Source: Chlamydiota bacterium (GTDB lineage: Bacteria; Chlamydiota; Chlamydiia; Chlamydiales; RGXB01). Taken from it: a stretch of DNA of 18,528 bases. The notes below the pieces were generated by a model. It was not told where the DNA came from and made no database searches. It saw nothing but the letters and a program-made list of their open reading frames with translations. Both the position numbers and the translations under genes were made by a program. Shown in pieces: positions 16,173-18,528 of the stretch. Each line of letters begins with the position of its first letter. Position 1 is the stretch's first letter. The stretch lies in NCBI GenBank assembly GCA_947494155.1, contig CANLTW010000022.1, positions 1-18,528 on the forward strand, in the 5' to 3' direction.

Positions 16173-16667
16173 CTAGTAACTGCTTTTTTTAGTGCTGGTA
16201 TCTTTGCTGTTCTTAGAATTTTTCGCATCTTTAGAGCTATTTTTGGAGTCTTTAGAATTATTTTTAGACTCTTTTTTGGAGCTTGAGGACTTCTCTTTAC
16301 TTGATTTTTGATCTTTATTGGACTTTGAGGAATCGCTAGACTTGCTAGATCCGCCGTAAGCTAAGGACTCTTTTGTCTTGTAACTTGATTTTGGACTAGT
16401 GGACTTGCTTGTCGTTGAGCTTTTACCGTTTTTTGATCCATTCTGGTTGGTACCTTGACCTGTACCCTGGTTCGAGGAGCCACTACCTTGTTGGGTAGAT
16501 TGTGTGCCCGTTGCATCCTGATCATTTGAGCCGTCCATAGGATTGCCAGAATCACTTGGAGAGGGGCATGTAGAGCCATTTGTGGAGTTTTGCATTTTTG
16601 GTGAAGATGGAGAGGAACAACCTACTGTTAATCCCACAATTGCCATGAGGGCGAGAAGTTTTTTCAT
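16173..16667 (-). CDS. Low-complexity Ser/Lys-rich lipoprotein
   Basis: MKKLLALMAIVGLTVGC lipobox with an AAGGA RBS. The mature part is polar: Ser/Gly/Asn/Gln-rich first, then Ser/Lys-rich with SK(D/N) repeats. Confidence 0.85.
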   Translation of the reverse strand: MKKLLALMAIVGLTVGCSSPSSPKMQNSTNGSTCPSPSDSGNPMDGSNDQDATGTQSTQQGSGSSNQGTGQGTNQNGSKNGKSSTTSKSTSPKSSYKTKESLAYGGSSKSSDSSKSNKDQKSSKEKSSSSKKESKNNSKDSKNSSKDAKNSKNSKDTSTKKSSY

Positions 16668-16762
16668 AAAAAATTATCCTTTTTAATTTTTATATACTTT
16701 AAAAAGGTTTTTAACTGAAGTTAAATGTAAGATAATTTACAATTCATTGGTTTTTATGAAGT

Positions 16763-16845
16763 TGCCGACGACCGGAGTCGAACCAGCACCTAGAAAACTA
16801 GGGTAGATTCTGAGTCTACTGTGTCTACCATTCCACCACGTCGGC
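16763..16845 (-). tRNA. tRNA-Leu (CAG)
   Basis: GCCGACG...GTAGA-CTCAGAA-TCTAC anticodon arm, long variable arm CCTAG-TTTT-CTAGG, GGTTCGACTCC T-arm and A73. No encoded CCA. Confidence 0.97.
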
Positions 16846-16864
16846 GAGATAATTTTGTGAGATA

Positions 16865-16937
16865 TAGCGGCAGTCGGACTTGAACCAACGACCTGCGGAT
16901 TATGATCCCGTTGCTCTACCTGCTGAGCTATGCCGCC
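16865..16937 (-). tRNA. tRNA-Met (CAT), elongator type
   Basis: GGCGGCA/TGCCGCT acceptor stem, anticodon loop ATCATAA and GGTTCAAGTCC T-loop. Ile2 (lysidine) identity is not formally excluded. Confidence 0.9.
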
Positions 16938-16950
16938 AGAAAAGAAAAAA

Positions 16951-17023
16951 TGGCGGGGACAGGACTCGAACCTGTGACCTTCGGGTTATGAGCCCGACGA
17001 GCTTCCAACTGCTCCACCCCGCG
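16951..17023 (-). tRNA. Initiator tRNA-fMet (CAT)
   Basis: CGCGGGG start with an unpaired C1:C72, and three consecutive G-C pairs in the anticodon stem (TCGGG-CTCATAA-CCCGA). Confidence 0.97.
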
Positions 17024-17037
17024 TCATTGATGTGTAT

Positions 17038-17067
17038 AACATACACCCTTTAACCAATTAATCGCAA
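17038..17067 (-). promoter_or_regulatory. Candidate promoter of the tRNA operon
   Basis: TTGCGA-N18-TATGTT, 14 nt upstream of tRNA-fMet. Confidence 0.45.
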
Positions 17068-17121
17068 GGGATTTATTCCGCATTAAGCTATCTAATAAAA
17101 TTCAAAAAGAATCTATCTTGT

Positions 17122-18405
17122 TTACTCTAGCTGTGAAAGATCCCTTAACCGATCGAGAGTGAGTGCAAGGGGCTTATCCATAAAAGCTCTAGCTCTTTTT
17201 AAGCTTTGCTCCAGTTCGGAGCGCAAGGTGGGATTATCCAAAAATTCCAAGACTCTGTCTTGTAAATTTTCTGGGGTACAATCCCCGTATAGATTCCATT
17301 CGCTTAATAGCGCTTTTAGATGAAGCTGCTTATCAATATAAGGGCCAAATAGGGGAAAGCTACCGTAAAGTAGAGGTTCGATAAGATTATGCCCTCCAAC
17401 CCCTGGAAATAGGCTCCCCCCAACTATGGTACAAGCCGCAGCTCTGTAAAAGGTGGGAAGTTTTCCAATCTCATTTATCAACAAAACACGCACCCCCTTT
17501 TGAAGAAACTTTTCCTCTACACTGATTTCCCCAAAATGGTTTAAAGTGAGTTTATTTGAGCAGAAAAAGGGGATGTTTTTAGCGCGTAACAGTTCTTCTA
17601 CCTCTGAAAACCGTTCAGGATGTCTTGGCGCAATCATGAGAAAAATCCCTAAACGATCCAAACAATTTAAAAAGAGATTTTCCTCCATCGGGTGAGAAGA
17701 GGCCAAAAGAACCCCTCTTTTGAAGAAGGGGGTGGCCTCTACAGGTTGCATGGAGATTTTGATATCTCCGGTCACCTGAATTTGCCCCTCACGAACACCC
17801 AATTGTTTTAACCTGTCTGCGTAAAGCTGCGTTTGCATGCACCAAAAAGAGATCGGCTCCAATAACAGCGGCTTTAAGAAAGGGAAATACTGTAGAGCTC
17901 TTGCTGTCTTTAAAGACATTTTCCCATTGATGACTATAACGTTTTTTGCCGCCAAAACCATATTTGGCCAGACATCTCCCTCTACCAAAAAAAGAATTTG
18001 GGGCCGAATTTTTCGGATGAGGAACCAGGTAATTAGATCTCCAGGCAACAAAAAGGGGACTACTCCCATAATTTTGTTTGCCTCCATGAGGCCGGTTTGA
18101 GTGAGAGTCGAGAGGTAAATCCCCTTTTTGGGGTATGTTTTTTTTAGACTGTCAATGAATGCTTTTGCCGCCTTTACCTCTCCTAAGGAGACTGCGTGCA
18201 CCCAGAGATTCTCCTTGTTGGGATCTACAACTATTTTAGGTAGCCTTAAACCCAATCGCAACAAAAGAATCCCCCGGTATTTTCCCCAAAAAAGGGATTT
18301 GCATATAAGCAAGGGCGCTACGAAAAAAGTAGAGCATAAAAGTAAGCAATTGTAAGTCGCCCATAAGAGCGACTTTATAGAAAAAAGTTTTTTAATCTTT
18401 GACAC
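17122..18405 (-). CDS. waaA: 3-deoxy-D-manno-octulosonic acid (Kdo) transferase
   Basis: Motifs WVHAVSLGEV, EGDVWPN, INGKMS, VTGDIK, ASSHPMEE, APRHPERF and GGHNLIEP. The GTG start overlaps the leuS stop region. Confidence 0.95.
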   Translation of the reverse strand: MSKIKKLFSIKSLLWATYNCLLLCSTFFVAPLLICKSLFWGKYRGILLLRLGLRLPKIVVDPNKENLWVHAVSLGEVKAAKAFIDSLKKTYPKKGIYLSTLTQTGLMEANKIMGVVPFLLPGDLITWFLIRKIRPQILFLVEGDVWPNMVLAAKNVIVINGKMSLKTARALQYFPFLKPLLLEPISFWCMQTQLYADRLKQLGVREGQIQVTGDIKISMQPVEATPFFKRGVLLASSHPMEENLFLNCLDRLGIFLMIAPRHPERFSEVEELLRAKNIPFFCSNKLTLNHFGEISVEEKFLQKGVRVLLINEIGKLPTFYRAAACTIVGGSLFPGVGGHNLIEPLLYGSFPLFGPYIDKQLHLKALLSEWNLYGDCTPENLQDRVLEFLDNPTLRSELEQSLKRARAFMDKPLALTLDRLRDLSQLE

Positions 18406-18528
18406 AGATATTTAAAATCTTATCGGGAACAAAAATAATCCGTTCAATTGCTTTATCTACATACTTCTGGATTTGAGGGATCTCCATCGCCTTTTGAAGT
18501 ACATCATCTTTGATCGTCCCCTTCTCAA
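18392..18528 (-). CDS. leuS: Leucine--tRNA ligase, C-terminal end (partial)
   Basis: The minus frame reads EKGTIKDDVLQKAMEIPQIQKYVDKAIERIIFVPDKILNICVKD*, matching the LeuRS C-terminal I.VP.K..N.V motif. leuS lies next to gseA/waaA in chlamydial genomes. Confidence 0.8.
   Translation of the reverse strand, partial: EKGTIKDDVLQKAMEIPQIQKYVDKAIERIIFVPDKILNICVKD

Noticed and set aside
13327..16845. Genomic island integrated at tRNA-Leu
   Set aside because: Accessory-looking genes follow the tRNA cluster, but no integrase or duplicated tRNA 3' end was found in the window.
16951..16953. Encoded CCA tail on tRNA-fMet
   Set aside because: The terminal CCA corresponds to positions 71-73 (stem end plus discriminator), not an added CCA tail.
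289..18355. Numerous 60-103 aa ORFs in the track nested in or antisense to long genes (e.g. 2591-2833, 8654-8932, 10527-10838, 15351-15611, 17837-18100)
   Set aside because: These are shadow frames of well-supported genes, with no motifs or independent signals.
17122..18405. Multifunctional (tri-Kdo) chlamydial WaaA activity
   Set aside because: The number of Kdo residues transferred cannot be read from the sequence by eye.

Overview
This window is most likely chromosomal DNA from an environmental member of the Chlamydiota. That inference rests on the leuS-waaA(gseA) adjacency, an Npt/Tlc-family nucleotide transporter and tRNA genes without encoded CCA. Left to right it contains: (1) a 5'-truncated SopB/IpgD-like CX5R phosphatase, a candidate effector; (2) a ~83-bp duplication of the junction between two convergent genes, flanking a ~357-bp insert with a possible higA remnant; (3) a minus-strand operon of a conserved lipoprotein and two tandem endoglycoceramidase-related GH5 hydrolases; (4) a TauE/SafE exporter, an orphan ORF and a malic enzyme; (5) an FtsX-like membrane protein, a SAMHD1-like HD hydrolase and an NTT transporter in one apparent operon; (6) a 58-aa ORF missing from the ORF track; (7) two tandem paralogs of an unrecognised acidic protein family, each with its own promoter, RBS and matching terminator; (8) a candidate small outer-membrane protein and a disordered Ser/Lys-rich lipoprotein; (9) tRNA-Leu(CAG), tRNA-Met and tRNA-fMet; (10) waaA and the 3' end of leuS. 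The most interesting items are the paralog pair with conserved ends and a variable middle, the putative host-lipid-remodelling cluster, and the duplicated junction.
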